From contig JABUTS010000078.1 in the NCBI GenBank assembly GCA_021443565.1, positions 1 through 43,393 of the forward strand: 43,393 nt of DNA, given 5' to 3'. Position numbers and translations under genes: made by a program. Positions 35,906 through 43,393 of the stretch are shown piece after piece; within the stretch, counting starts at the first letter, position 1; every line of letters begins with the position of its first letter. The notes below the pieces were generated by a model. That model saw nothing but the letters and a program-made list of their open reading frames with translations. It had not been told where the DNA came from and ran no database searches. This stretch comes from Bacteroidales bacterium. Lineage in GTDB: Bacteria; Bacteroidota; Bacteroidia; Bacteroidales; UBA932.

Positions 35906-35958
35906 ATTTCAATCCCGCACTGGGAAGGCATCTTCAGCACCTTTCCCGAACGGGATTG

Positions 35959-35989
35959 CAAAGGTAAACCAAAATTTTTACGATGCAAA
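35959..35989 (-). promoter_or_regulatory. Promoter of tRNA-Asn
   Basis: Minus-strand TTTG, a 19-nt spacer and TACCTTTG. Confidence 0.75.
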
Positions 35990-36030
35990 GATTTTGGGGA
36001 TTTTTTTGCGTCCGGGACGCGAATTTTCGC

Positions 36031-36351
36031 TTATGCCTCTATTTCCAGGGCGACAACCTTGCCCGGCTCCTTCTGGGAATGTGCGAACAGGTACTCCTTT
36101 CTTGCCTGGTCGGCGTCTATGAGTTCCGAGTAGACCTTCGCACTTGGCTTGCCGTCCGAGAGGATGTAGATGAATCCGTCCGCCTTTTCACTGTGCTTGC
36201 TGAGGATTCGGTAGATGCGCCCTTCCTCGCCTGATTTTTCCAGAGCAGTCTTGGCCTCTTCGATTGCAGTGTAGATGTGCTTTTCTACAGAATTGCCGTG
36301 GGGGTGGCTGATTTCAACCACATAACCCTTTGCTTTGTTCGTCTGATTCAT
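36031..36351 (-). CDS. Hypothetical protein (106 aa) with apparent internal duplication
   Basis: It fills the gap between RNA genes, has protein-like composition, and has a candidate minus-strand -7 element TAAATTTG at 36420-36427. Confidence 0.7.
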   Translation of the reverse strand: MNQTNKAKGYVVEISHPHGNSVEKHIYTAIEEAKTALEKSGEEGRIYRILSKHSEKADGFIYILSDGKPSAKVYSELIDADQARKEYLFAHSQKEPGKVVALEIEA

Positions 36352-36470
36352 GGATTGACGGGTTTAAGGTTTGATTTATATGTGGGTGTTCCGGCAGCTT
36401 AGCCGCCCTCTCCCTTTTTCAAATTTAACAATAATTTCGAAACCCTTGTCCATTCTTTCAAAAAATTCCG

Positions 36471-36478
36471 TACCTTTG
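36471..36478 (+). promoter_or_regulatory. -7 element (TACCTTTG) of ffs/tRNA-Gly
   Basis: Exact TAnnTTTG directly before the SRP RNA stem. Confidence 0.75.
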
Positions 36479-36480
36479 CA

Positions 36481-36583
36481 AAGGGTAAGTCTTACACGAC
36501 CAGCTCCCTTCGAATCCCCCCAGGGCCGGAAGGCAGCAAGGGTAGGAGGTCGTAGCGGTGCGATGTAACCAGCTTACCCTTTT
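36481..36583 (+). ncRNA. ffs: Signal recognition particle small (4.5S) RNA
   Basis: A hairpin of about 100 nt closed by AAGGGTAAG/CTTACCCTT, containing the helix-8 motif CAGGGCC-GGAA-GGCAGCA. Confidence 0.92.
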
Positions 36584-36589
36584 TTGAAC

Positions 36590-36662
36590 GCGGTAGTAGC
36601 TCAGTTGGTAGAGCACTAGCTTCCCAAGCTGGGGGTCGCGAGTTCGAGCCTCGTCTACCGCT
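36590..36662 (+). tRNA. tRNA-Gly(CCC), CCA not encoded
   Basis: GCGGTAG TAGCTCAGTTGGTAGAGC A CTAGC TTCCCAA GCTGG GGGTC GCGAG TTCGAGC CTCGT CTACCGC T. Confidence 0.97.
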
Positions 36663-36669
36663 CAATATC

Positions 36670-36700
36670 AACCTTCCGGCAATGTCCGGGAGGTTTTCTT
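36670..36700 (+). terminator. Terminator after tRNA-Gly
   Basis: Stem AACCTTCCGG/CCGGGAGGTT followed by TTCTT. Confidence 0.7.
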
Positions 36701-36725
36701 GATTTTGCGTATCATTCATCATAAA

Positions 36726-37313
36726 ATGGAAAACACAGGCAAGGCCATCATCTTCTCGGCTCCTTCGGGCGCCGGCAAAAGCACCATAGTGCATCATCTG
36801 CTGGAAATCTATCCTCAGATGGATTTCTCGGTATCAGCCACTTCCCGTGCTCCGCGCGGTGAGGAACGTAACGGCGTGGACTACTGGTTTTTCTCTGAGC
36901 AGGAGTTCAGGACTATGATTGAGGAGGGGAAACTTCTTGAGTACGAGGAGGTTTATCCCGGTTCGTTCTATGGAACCCTCAAGTCCGAGATTGAAAGGAT
37001 GTGGTCGGAAGGGAAGGTGATAATCTTCGATGTGGACGTGAAGGGCGGTGTGAATGTGAAGAAGATTTTCGGGGATAATGCTCTTTCGGTATTCATCCAG
37101 GCACCTTCGGTCGAGGTGCTGCGCCAGAGGCTGGTTTCAAGAAATACCGACAGCATGGAGGCCATTGAGAAAAGGGTGGCGAAGGCTGCCTCGGAGACGG
37201 AATACGCTCAGGGCAAGTTTGACTGCATACTCGTGAATGACGACCTGCAGATGGCATTCGCTGAGGCGGAAAAGGTTGTCGGGGCCTTCCTCTCAGACGG
37301 GGAAACTGAATAA
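36726..37313 (+). CDS. gmk: Guanylate kinase
   Basis: 'SAPSGAGKST', 'SATSRAPRGEE.NGVDYWF', 'YGT' and 'DVDVKG'; ATG at 36726. Confidence 0.97.
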   Translation: MENTGKAIIFSAPSGAGKSTIVHHLLEIYPQMDFSVSATSRAPRGEERNGVDYWFFSEQEFRTMIEEGKLLEYEEVYPGSFYGTLKSEIERMWSEGKVIIFDVDVKGGVNVKKIFGDNALSVFIQAPSVEVLRQRLVSRNTDSMEAIEKRVAKAASETEYAQGKFDCILVNDDLQMAFAEAEKVVGAFLSDGETE

Positions 37314-37320
37314 GCCTGCA

Positions 37321-37881
37321 ATGCGTACCGCAGTATATCCGGGTTCCTTCAATCCCATGCACATAGGGCATCTGGCCATACTCCTGGCTCTCAAGGGCTC
37401 GGGCCGTTTTGACCGGGTGCGTCTCGTCGTTTCCCCCAAGAATCCTCTCAAGGACGGAATCAGCGCCGACAGTGCACAAATCCGCTTCCAAGCGGCAGTT
37501 GCGGCCGTGTCGCGCTACCCGGAACTCGAGGATGTGATAGTCGACGATGTGGAATTGTCCATGGATGCCCCGTACTATACGGTGCGCACGCTGGAGGCTC
37601 TTGCCGCCGCCCATCCGGATGAAAGTTTCACTCTTGCGATAGGAGCAGACAGTCTGGCGGACTTCCCTTTGTGGAAGGAGTGGCAGACCATACTGACGGA
37701 ATACGGGGTGGCCGTCTATCCCCGCGAGGGCTATGACCTTCCTGCAGTCGCCGCCGCGTTGATGGAATCGTGCCCGGGAGCAAGGATAGAGCTTATAGAA
37801 GCTCCTCTCGTGGACATCTCGTCGTCTCGTATCCGCGCCGGTATTGAGAACGGAGAGGATATGTCGGGATATATGATGTAG
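37321..37881 (+). CDS. nadD: Nicotinate-nucleotide adenylyltransferase
   Basis: 'GSFNPMHIGH', 'VSPKNPLK', 'YTVRTL', 'IGAD...WKEW' and 'ISSSRIR'; ATG at 37321. Confidence 0.95.
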   Translation: MRTAVYPGSFNPMHIGHLAILLALKGSGRFDRVRLVVSPKNPLKDGISADSAQIRFQAAVAAVSRYPELEDVIVDDVELSMDAPYYTVRTLEALAAAHPDESFTLAIGADSLADFPLWKEWQTILTEYGVAVYPREGYDLPAVAAALMESCPGARIELIEAPLVDISSSRIRAGIENGEDMSGYMM

Positions 37882-37885
37882 TGGC

Positions 37886-38395
37886 ATGAATAGGGAAATT
37901 GAAAGGAAGTTCCTCGTGACAGACGAGGCTTACAAAGCGGAGGCCGTTGAAAGCCACCGGCTTGTACAGGGTTATATATGCCGTTCGCAGGGACGTACCG
38001 TCAGGGTGAGGATTGCAGACGGTACGGGGTGGCTGACCATCAAGGGACCATCCGAATCAGGAGGCCTGGCCCGCAGCGAGTGGGAAAAGGAAATCCCGCT
38101 GGAAGATGCCCAAAGCCTTATGTCTCTTTGTGAGGGCGGAGTGATAGATAAGACGAGGTGGATAGTGCCGGAGGCGGGAGGCCTGAAGTACGAGGTGGAT
38201 GAATTCCTCGGTCAGAACCGGGGCCTTGTGGTCGCTGAAATCGAACTTCCGTCTGAGGATGCCGCCTTCGTGCCTGCGTCTTGGCTGGGGAGGGAAGTGA
38301 CGGGCGACAGGCGCTTCTACAACTCAATGCTGGTCTCATACCCTTTCTGTAAATGGCCGGAGCTGGAGAAGGCGACAGTTGCTGCTGCGGAATGA
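37886..38395 (+). CDS. CYTH domain protein (triphosphate tunnel metalloenzyme)
   Basis: 'EIERKFLV', 'QGY', 'VRVRI...LTIKG', 'EVDEF' and 'AEIEL'. Confidence 0.93.
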   Translation: MNREIERKFLVTDEAYKAEAVESHRLVQGYICRSQGRTVRVRIADGTGWLTIKGPSESGGLARSEWEKEIPLEDAQSLMSLCEGGVIDKTRWIVPEAGGLKYEVDEFLGQNRGLVVAEIELPSEDAAFVPASWLGREVTGDRRFYNSMLVSYPFCKWPELEKATVAAAE

Positions 38396-38421
38396 GATGC
38401 GGAAGCGCTCCCTGCAACTTT

Positions 38422-38453
38422 TTTGGACAATGTCCCAAAAATAACTAATTTTG
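38422..38453 (+). promoter_or_regulatory. Promoter of fba
   Basis: TTTG, a 20-nt spacer and TAATTTTG. Confidence 0.75.
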
Positions 38454-38521
38454 CATGATTTCGGGACGGCATGAAAACCGCCCCGCAAAAAAGAAAGCAA
38501 ATCTTATAAACGATAACAATT

Positions 38522-39523
38522 ATGGTATCTTACAAAGAAATCGGCCTCGTGAACACCCGTGAGATGTTCAAGAAGGCAGTCGCAGGCGGCTATGCAGTAC
38601 CTGCATTCAATTTCAACAACATGGAGCAGCTCCAGGCCATCATCCAGGCTGCTTCAGAGACAAAGTCTCCTGTCATTCTCCAGGTTTCAAAGGGCGCACG
38701 CAAGTATGCTAACGCAACCCTTCTCCGCTACATGGCGGAGGGCGCAGTGGAGTATGCAAAGGAACTCGGTTGGGAGAACCCTCAGATCTGCCTCCATCTC
38801 GATCACGGCGATGCTTTTGAAACTTGCAAGAGCTGCATCGACACCGGTTTCTCTTCAGTCATGATTGACGGCTCACACCTTCCATACGAGGAGAACGTTG
38901 CTCTCACAAAGCAGGTTGTGGAGTACGCACACCAGTTCGACGTGACTGTAGAGGCTGAGCTCGGCGTTCTCGCAGGCGTTGAGGACGAGGTTTCTGCAGC
39001 AGAGTCTCACTACACCAAGCCTGAAGAGGTCATTGACTTCGCCACCCGCACAGGCTGCGATTCTCTCGCAATCTCAATCGGAACTTCTCACGGCGCATAC
39101 AAGTTCACTCCTGAGCAGTGCACCCGCGACCCTAAGACCGGCAAGCTCGTTCCTCCTCCTCTCGCATTCGACGTTCTCCATGAGATTGAGAAGAAACTCC
39201 CTGGTTTCCCTATCGTTCTCCATGGCTCATCTTCAGTTCCTCAGGACGAGGTAGACACCATCAACGCACACGGCGGCAAACTCCCTGATGCAGTGGGTAT
39301 TCCTGAGGAGCAGCTCCGCGAGGCTTCAAAGAGCGCTGTCTGCAAGATCAACATCGACTCCGATTCACGTCTCGCCATGACCGCTGCCATCCGCAAGCAC
39401 TTCGACGAGAATCCTGGTCACTTCGATCCACGCCAGTACCTCACTCCTGCACGCGACAACATGAAGAAGATGTATGTCCACAAGATTGTGAACGTACTTG
39501 GTTCAGACGGCAAGGCAGAGTAA
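38522..39523 (+). CDS. fba: Class II fructose-1,6-bisphosphate aldolase
   Basis: 'HLDHG', 'SVMIDGS', 'VEAELG', 'IGTSHGAYK', 'VLHGSS' and 'KINIDSD'; strongly biased codon usage. Confidence 0.98.
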   Translation: MVSYKEIGLVNTREMFKKAVAGGYAVPAFNFNNMEQLQAIIQAASETKSPVILQVSKGARKYANATLLRYMAEGAVEYAKELGWENPQICLHLDHGDAFETCKSCIDTGFSSVMIDGSHLPYEENVALTKQVVEYAHQFDVTVEAELGVLAGVEDEVSAAESHYTKPEEVIDFATRTGCDSLAISIGTSHGAYKFTPEQCTRDPKTGKLVPPPLAFDVLHEIEKKLPGFPIVLHGSSSVPQDEVDTINAHGGKLPDAVGIPEEQLREASKSAVCKINIDSDSRLAMTAAIRKHFDENPGHFDPRQYLTPARDNMKKMYVHKIVNVLGSDGKAE

Positions 39524-39544
39524 GACAAACAACCTACGATACTG

Positions 39545-39582
39545 AAAAGGGGCGGCCATACATCTTGGTCGCCCCTTTTGTT
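39545..39582 (+). terminator. Intrinsic terminator after fba
   Basis: AAAAGGGGCGGCCA/TGGTCGCCCCTTTT followed by GTT. Confidence 0.85.
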
Positions 39583-39617
39583 GCGAACTTCTGACGATTT
39601 ATATACATTTGTAAGAT

Positions 39618-41630
39618 ATGAAGTCCCCGGTGAAAATATTTCTTGCATCAATCATGCTCCTTACCATGATTCTGCCCTGTCATGCACAGTACGACAAGGA
39701 AGTATTCTTCTTCAGGGGGAGGCAGAATCTCGCAGACGGCCACTACGCCCAGGCGATAGAAAACTTCAACATACTCACCCGTCTTGACACCACTGACTAC
39801 TGGACCTATTTTTACAGGGGTATAGCCAAGTACAATCTCGGTGACCTCAGGGGAGCGAACCAGGATTTCAATACCTCGATAGGAATAAACCCCGTATTCA
39901 CCTCGGGCTACCATTACCGTGCGATTACCCAGAGCCGTTTCGGACGCTATGACGACGCACTCGAGGACCTCGAAACGGCGATTTCCCTCAGGCCAGGCAC
40001 CATAGGCCTGTATTACAGCCGCGGAGTGACCTACTTCCTTTCACAGCGCTTCGGCGAGGCCGTGAAGGACTTTGACAGATATATAAGGAAGGAACCGAAG
40101 GACCCGTCGGCATATCTCAACAGAGGCGCGACCTATCTCTACCTGGGCGACACTCTCAAGGCCTTTGCCGACTACAACAAGGCAATCAGGCTCGACCGCT
40201 TCGACCCCGAAGGATACATACGCCGAGGCCGGCTCTATGCATCGCAGGAGAACTATGCAGATGCGATAGAGGATATGAACCATGCGATTGACCTCGACTC
40301 CTCTCTGACCTTCGCTTACTTCAACCGGGCGATAATGAGATACGAGCAGCACGACTACAATGGTGCCATGACCGACCTCAACAAGGTGCTCGAGCAGGAG
40401 CCCGGCAACGCACTCACGCTCTACAACAGGGGCCTCATCAACGCCCAGGTGGGAGACTATGAGGCGGCCCTCTCCGACCTGGACAGGGTGCTGAACATCA
40501 ACCCGGAGAACGTGCTCGCATATTTCAACAGAGCATCCGTATTCGCGGAGATGGGGCGCTGGAGGGATGCGCTGGAGGACTATGACAGCGCAATTGACCT
40601 CTATCCTGACTTTGCCAAGGCCTACATGAACCGCTCCTATGTGGAAAACATGCTCGGAGACAAGGTGGCCTCGAAACGGGACTACAATATAGCTAACCAG
40701 AAGATTCAGGAATACCGCAACAAGAACCTTTCGGAACCGGGCTCCTTCGCGGACACGACCAAAAAATACAGCTCCCTTCTAGCCCTGGACGCCGACTTCG
40801 CCAAAAAGGACTTCGATGACGAACTGCTGCAGCACAGGGATATAGACATACGCCTAAAGCCGATGTACCGCCATGTGCTTGCGGGAAATGTGGACAATCA
40901 GAATTACGCCCTGGCCAGAAAGTATGAAAACCCTCTGCTTGAACGCTTCGGCGCCAGCCTTCCGGCTCCTTCAGAACTGATTTCAGGTGGCAGGATTCTG
41001 GACGACGAACTGCTTGAAAGTCTCGAACGGATGATATATTCCGACACTTCCGGGTCTCCTCAGTCTTCCTTCCAGAAGGCTATGCTGGAAGCTGGGGACA
41101 AACGCTTCAACAATGCTCTCGCCTATTATGACAAGGCGCTTTCGTCAGCCCCTTCAGGCGGTGTGGAAAACCTGTACAGGGTGTTCTATCTCAACAACAG
41201 GGCGGCCCTACGTGCAGATATTATAGAGTTCATCTCGTCTATGGAGAGCAATGTCCAGGTGCTCACAATGGATGATAGCGGCTCGGCCAGGACAAGGGTG
41301 GCAGACCAGGTGGATAAGCAGTACGACTACTCCGAGGCCATCGCGGACCTCAAGGCGGCTATAGCCATGGTTCCTGACCTGCCGTACCTGTGGTTTAACC
41401 TCGGCAACCTAAGTACACTCTCGTCCGACTTCATTTCATCAGTCGAGGATTACTCCCAGGCAATACGGCTCTATCCTTACATGGGTGACGCCTACTACAA
41501 CAGAGGCCTCGTGCTCATATACCTCAAGGACAAGGAAAAGGGCTGCATAGACCTCTCCATGGCGGGAGAGCTTGGAGTCGACGACGCATACAGTGTCATA
41601 AAGAAATATTGCGAGGAGGGTGAGGAGTAA
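39618..41630 (+). CDS. Exported tetratricopeptide-repeat protein
   Basis: Signal peptide and many 34-aa 'AYxNRG...A..D...AI.L.P' repeats. A -7 element TACATTTG lies at 39604-39611. Confidence 0.92.
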   Translation: MKSPVKIFLASIMLLTMILPCHAQYDKEVFFFRGRQNLADGHYAQAIENFNILTRLDTTDYWTYFYRGIAKYNLGDLRGANQDFNTSIGINPVFTSGYHYRAITQSRFGRYDDALEDLETAISLRPGTIGLYYSRGVTYFLSQRFGEAVKDFDRYIRKEPKDPSAYLNRGATYLYLGDTLKAFADYNKAIRLDRFDPEGYIRRGRLYASQENYADAIEDMNHAIDLDSSLTFAYFNRAIMRYEQHDYNGAMTDLNKVLEQEPGNALTLYNRGLINAQVGDYEAALSDLDRVLNINPENVLAYFNRASVFAEMGRWRDALEDYDSAIDLYPDFAKAYMNRSYVENMLGDKVASKRDYNIANQKIQEYRNKNLSEPGSFADTTKKYSSLLALDADFAKKDFDDELLQHRDIDIRLKPMYRHVLAGNVDNQNYALARKYENPLLERFGASLPAPSELISGGRILDDELLESLERMIYSDTSGSPQSSFQKAMLEAGDKRFNNALAYYDKALSSAPSGGVENLYRVFYLNNRAALRADIIEFISSMESNVQVLTMDDSGSARTRVADQVDKQYDYSEAIADLKAAIAMVPDLPYLWFNLGNLSTLSSDFISSVEDYSQAIRLYPYMGDAYYNRGLVLIYLKDKEKGCIDLSMAGELGVDDAYSVIKKYCEEGEE

Positions 41631-42418
41631 TGCTTAAGTTCTTGAGTTTCACCAGCGGAAGTTGCGGCAACTGTTATTTCCTCACCACGGGAACCGACGG
41701 CCTTGTCATCGACGCCGGCGTAAGCCTCCGCAGGATGAAAAGTGTTCTCGCAGAATACGGCTACGACTACAGTTCTTTCAACAACGTGCTGGTCACCCAC
41801 GACCATCTGGACCATATCCGCAATCTCGACTCTTTCTGCAAGAAACTGATGAAGCCCGTTTGGGCCACCACAGTGCTCCACGGCGCTCTTGCCACCCATG
41901 CCTTCACCCGTGCCCATATAGCTTCGTGCAGGAAATTTCTGGATATAGGCAAATGGACCAGAGTAGGGGAATTCAGCGTCCGTCCTTTCGTGGTGCCTCA
42001 CGATGCAACCCAGACCGTGGGCTACGCGATTTCTGCCGGAGGCGAGGAGTTCGTCATAATGACCGACCTGGGGCGTGTGACTGACGAGGCTGTTGAACTT
42101 GCTTCCGGGGCGTCCACGGTGGTGATAGAGTCGAACTATGATGTTGACATGCTGATGGGAGGCTCTTACCCCCATGAACTGAAGATGAGGATTATGCAGG
42201 GGCATGGCCACATAAGCAACGACGAGTGCGCATCCGCGATCAAGCGCTTTGCCCACGAAGGTCTGAAGAACGTTTTTCTCTGCCATCTCAGCGAGAACAA
42301 CAATACCCGCGAACTGGCATACGCCTGCAGTTCAGCGGCTTTGAAGGAGGCTGGCTGCAACCATGTCTGCCTGCGCTGTCTGCCGAGGCAGTATCCTTCT
42401 CCCCTGGTTGAGCTTTGA
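41630..42418 (+). CDS. MBL-fold metallo-hydrolase (YycJ/WalJ-like)
   Basis: 'SGSCGNC', 'IDAG', 'THDHLDH', 'VPHDA', 'TDLG', 'ESNYD', 'GHISN' and 'HLSENNN'. Confidence 0.9.
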   Translation: MLKFLSFTSGSCGNCYFLTTGTDGLVIDAGVSLRRMKSVLAEYGYDYSSFNNVLVTHDHLDHIRNLDSFCKKLMKPVWATTVLHGALATHAFTRAHIASCRKFLDIGKWTRVGEFSVRPFVVPHDATQTVGYAISAGGEEFVIMTDLGRVTDEAVELASGASTVVIESNYDVDMLMGGSYPHELKMRIMQGHGHISNDECASAIKRFAHEGLKNVFLCHLSENNNTRELAYACSSAALKEAGCNHVCLRCLPRQYPSPLVEL

Positions 42419-42462
42419 TTATCAGCGACAATAAGTTGAACGGATTGTTCAACTTATTGATA

Positions 42463-42496
42463 AAAAAGGAGATGGCCGCCCGGCCATCTCCTTTTT
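42463..42496. terminator. Bidirectional terminator between the MBL gene and pckA
   Basis: Perfect inverted repeat AAAAAGGAGATGGCCG-CC-CGGCCATCTCCTTTTT. Confidence 0.9.
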
Positions 42497-42533
42497 GTTG
42501 TATTTTTCGTCCGGCAGGTCCGGAGAGAGTTCA

Positions 42534-43393
42534 TTAAAGCTGAGGACCAGCTGCCACGAGAGCCTTGCCAGCCTCGTTGCCTTCATACTTCTTGAAGTTC
42601 TTGATGAACCTGCCTGCGAGATCCTTTGCCTTCTCTTCCCAGATGCTTGCGTCAGCGTAAGTGTCGCGAGGGTCGAGGATTTCAGTAGCCACACCCGGAA
42701 GAAGGGTAGGAACGGTGAAATCGAAGTAAGGAATCTGCTTGGTTGGAGCCTTGTCGATGGAACCGTCGAGGATGGCGTCGATGATGCCGCGGGTGTCGCG
42801 GATTGAGATACGCTTGCCGGTTCCGTTCCATCCGGTGTTCACGAGATATGCCTTCGCGCCGCTCTGCTCCATCTTCTTTACGAGTTCCTCAGCATACTTG
42901 GTAGGGTGAAGCTCGAGGAATGCCTGGCCGAAGCATGCAGAGAAGGTAGGGGTAGGCTCGGTGATGCCGCGCTCTGTACCTGCAAGCTTTGCGGTGAAGC
43001 CTGAGAGGAAGTAGTACTTGGTCTGCTCTGGAGTGAGGATGGAAACTGGAGGAAGAACGCCGAATGCGTCAGCAGAGAGGAAAATGACCTGCTTTGCCGC
43101 CGGACCCTGTGAGTAAGGACGTACTATCTTGTTGATGTGATAGATAGGGTAAGACACGCGGGTGTTCTCGGTCACAGTCTTGTCAGCGAAGTCGATGGTG
43201 CCGTCTTCTGCAACTGTAACGTTCTCGAGGAGGGCGTCGCGGCGGATGGCTCCGTAGATGTCAGGCTCAGACTCCTTGTCGAGGTTGATGACCTTGGCAT
43301 AGCAGCCGCCTTCGAAGTTGAATACGCCTTCGTCGTCCCAGCCGTGCTCGTCGTCACCGATGAGGAGGCGCTTAGGGTCGGTTGAAAGGGTGG
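42534..43393 (-). CDS. pckA: Phosphoenolpyruvate carboxykinase (ATP), 5'-truncated by the window edge
   Basis: The frame stays open to the window end and reads '[18 protein letters not shown]...NFEGGCYAK...TENTRVSYP...[11 protein letters not shown]...LVNTGW'. Confidence 0.97.
   Translation of the reverse strand, partial: TLSTDPKRLLIGDDEHGWDDEGVFNFEGGCYAKVINLDKESEPDIYGAIRRDALLENVTVAEDGTIDFADKTVTENTRVSYPIYHINKIVRPYSQGPAAKQVIFLSADAFGVLPPVSILTPEQTKYYFLSGFTAKLAGTERGITEPTPTFSACFGQAFLELHPTKYAEELVKKMEQSGAKAYLVNTGWNGTGKRISIRDTRGIIDAILDGSIDKAPTKQIPYFDFTVPTLLPGVATEILDPRDTYADASIWEEKAKDLAGRFIKNFKKYEGNEAGKALVAAGPQL

Noticed and set aside
37886-38395. CYTH protein as a cyclic-nucleotide signalling or defence enzyme
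   Set aside because: It is a stand-alone CYTH in a gmk-nadD housekeeping context, with no effector gene nearby.
39760-40660. Periodic DNA similarity suggesting a CRISPR or tandem repeat array
   Set aside because: It is explained by degenerate 34-aa TPR coding repeats; there are no identical repeats with spacers.
42510-42528. CAGGTCCGGAGAG resembling an SRP RNA loop
   Set aside because: It has no surrounding SRP stem, and the true ffs is at 36481-36583.
43172-43357. Apparent split or frameshift of pckA (ORFs 43172-43357 and 42534-43175)
   Set aside because: Manual translation shows the pckA frame is continuous to the window edge. The track simply started at an internal GTG.

Overview
This is a 43.4 kb chromosomal window from a Bacteroidales bacterium, judged from the TAnnTTTG promoters, SusC/SusD genes, the HU-bS22-RNase G cluster and the presence of lnt. 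It is mostly housekeeping: lnt, rluD, lon, ung, coaD, hup, rng, an MsbA-like ABC transporter, gmk, nadD, fba and a partial pckA, plus tRNA-Asn(GTT), SRP RNA (ffs) and tRNA-Gly(CCC). A less ordinary block lies at about 21-36 kb. It contains a TrcP-like deaminase/coiled-coil/pseudouridine synthase fusion, an orphan alpha-E protein and a CAZyme-free SusC-SusD-DUF4843-PKD-TlpA locus. It also contains a PatB/MalY lyase and a two-gene cassette pairing an unusual membrane lipoprotein (SC-x9-CYDP motif) with a radical SAM/SPASM enzyme. That cassette is the best candidate for an undescribed protein-modification system. A 30-aa bS22 ribosomal protein gene missing from the ORF track lies at 12738-12830. 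No transposase, integrase, prophage or CRISPR array was seen. All family calls come from motif recognition, not database searches.
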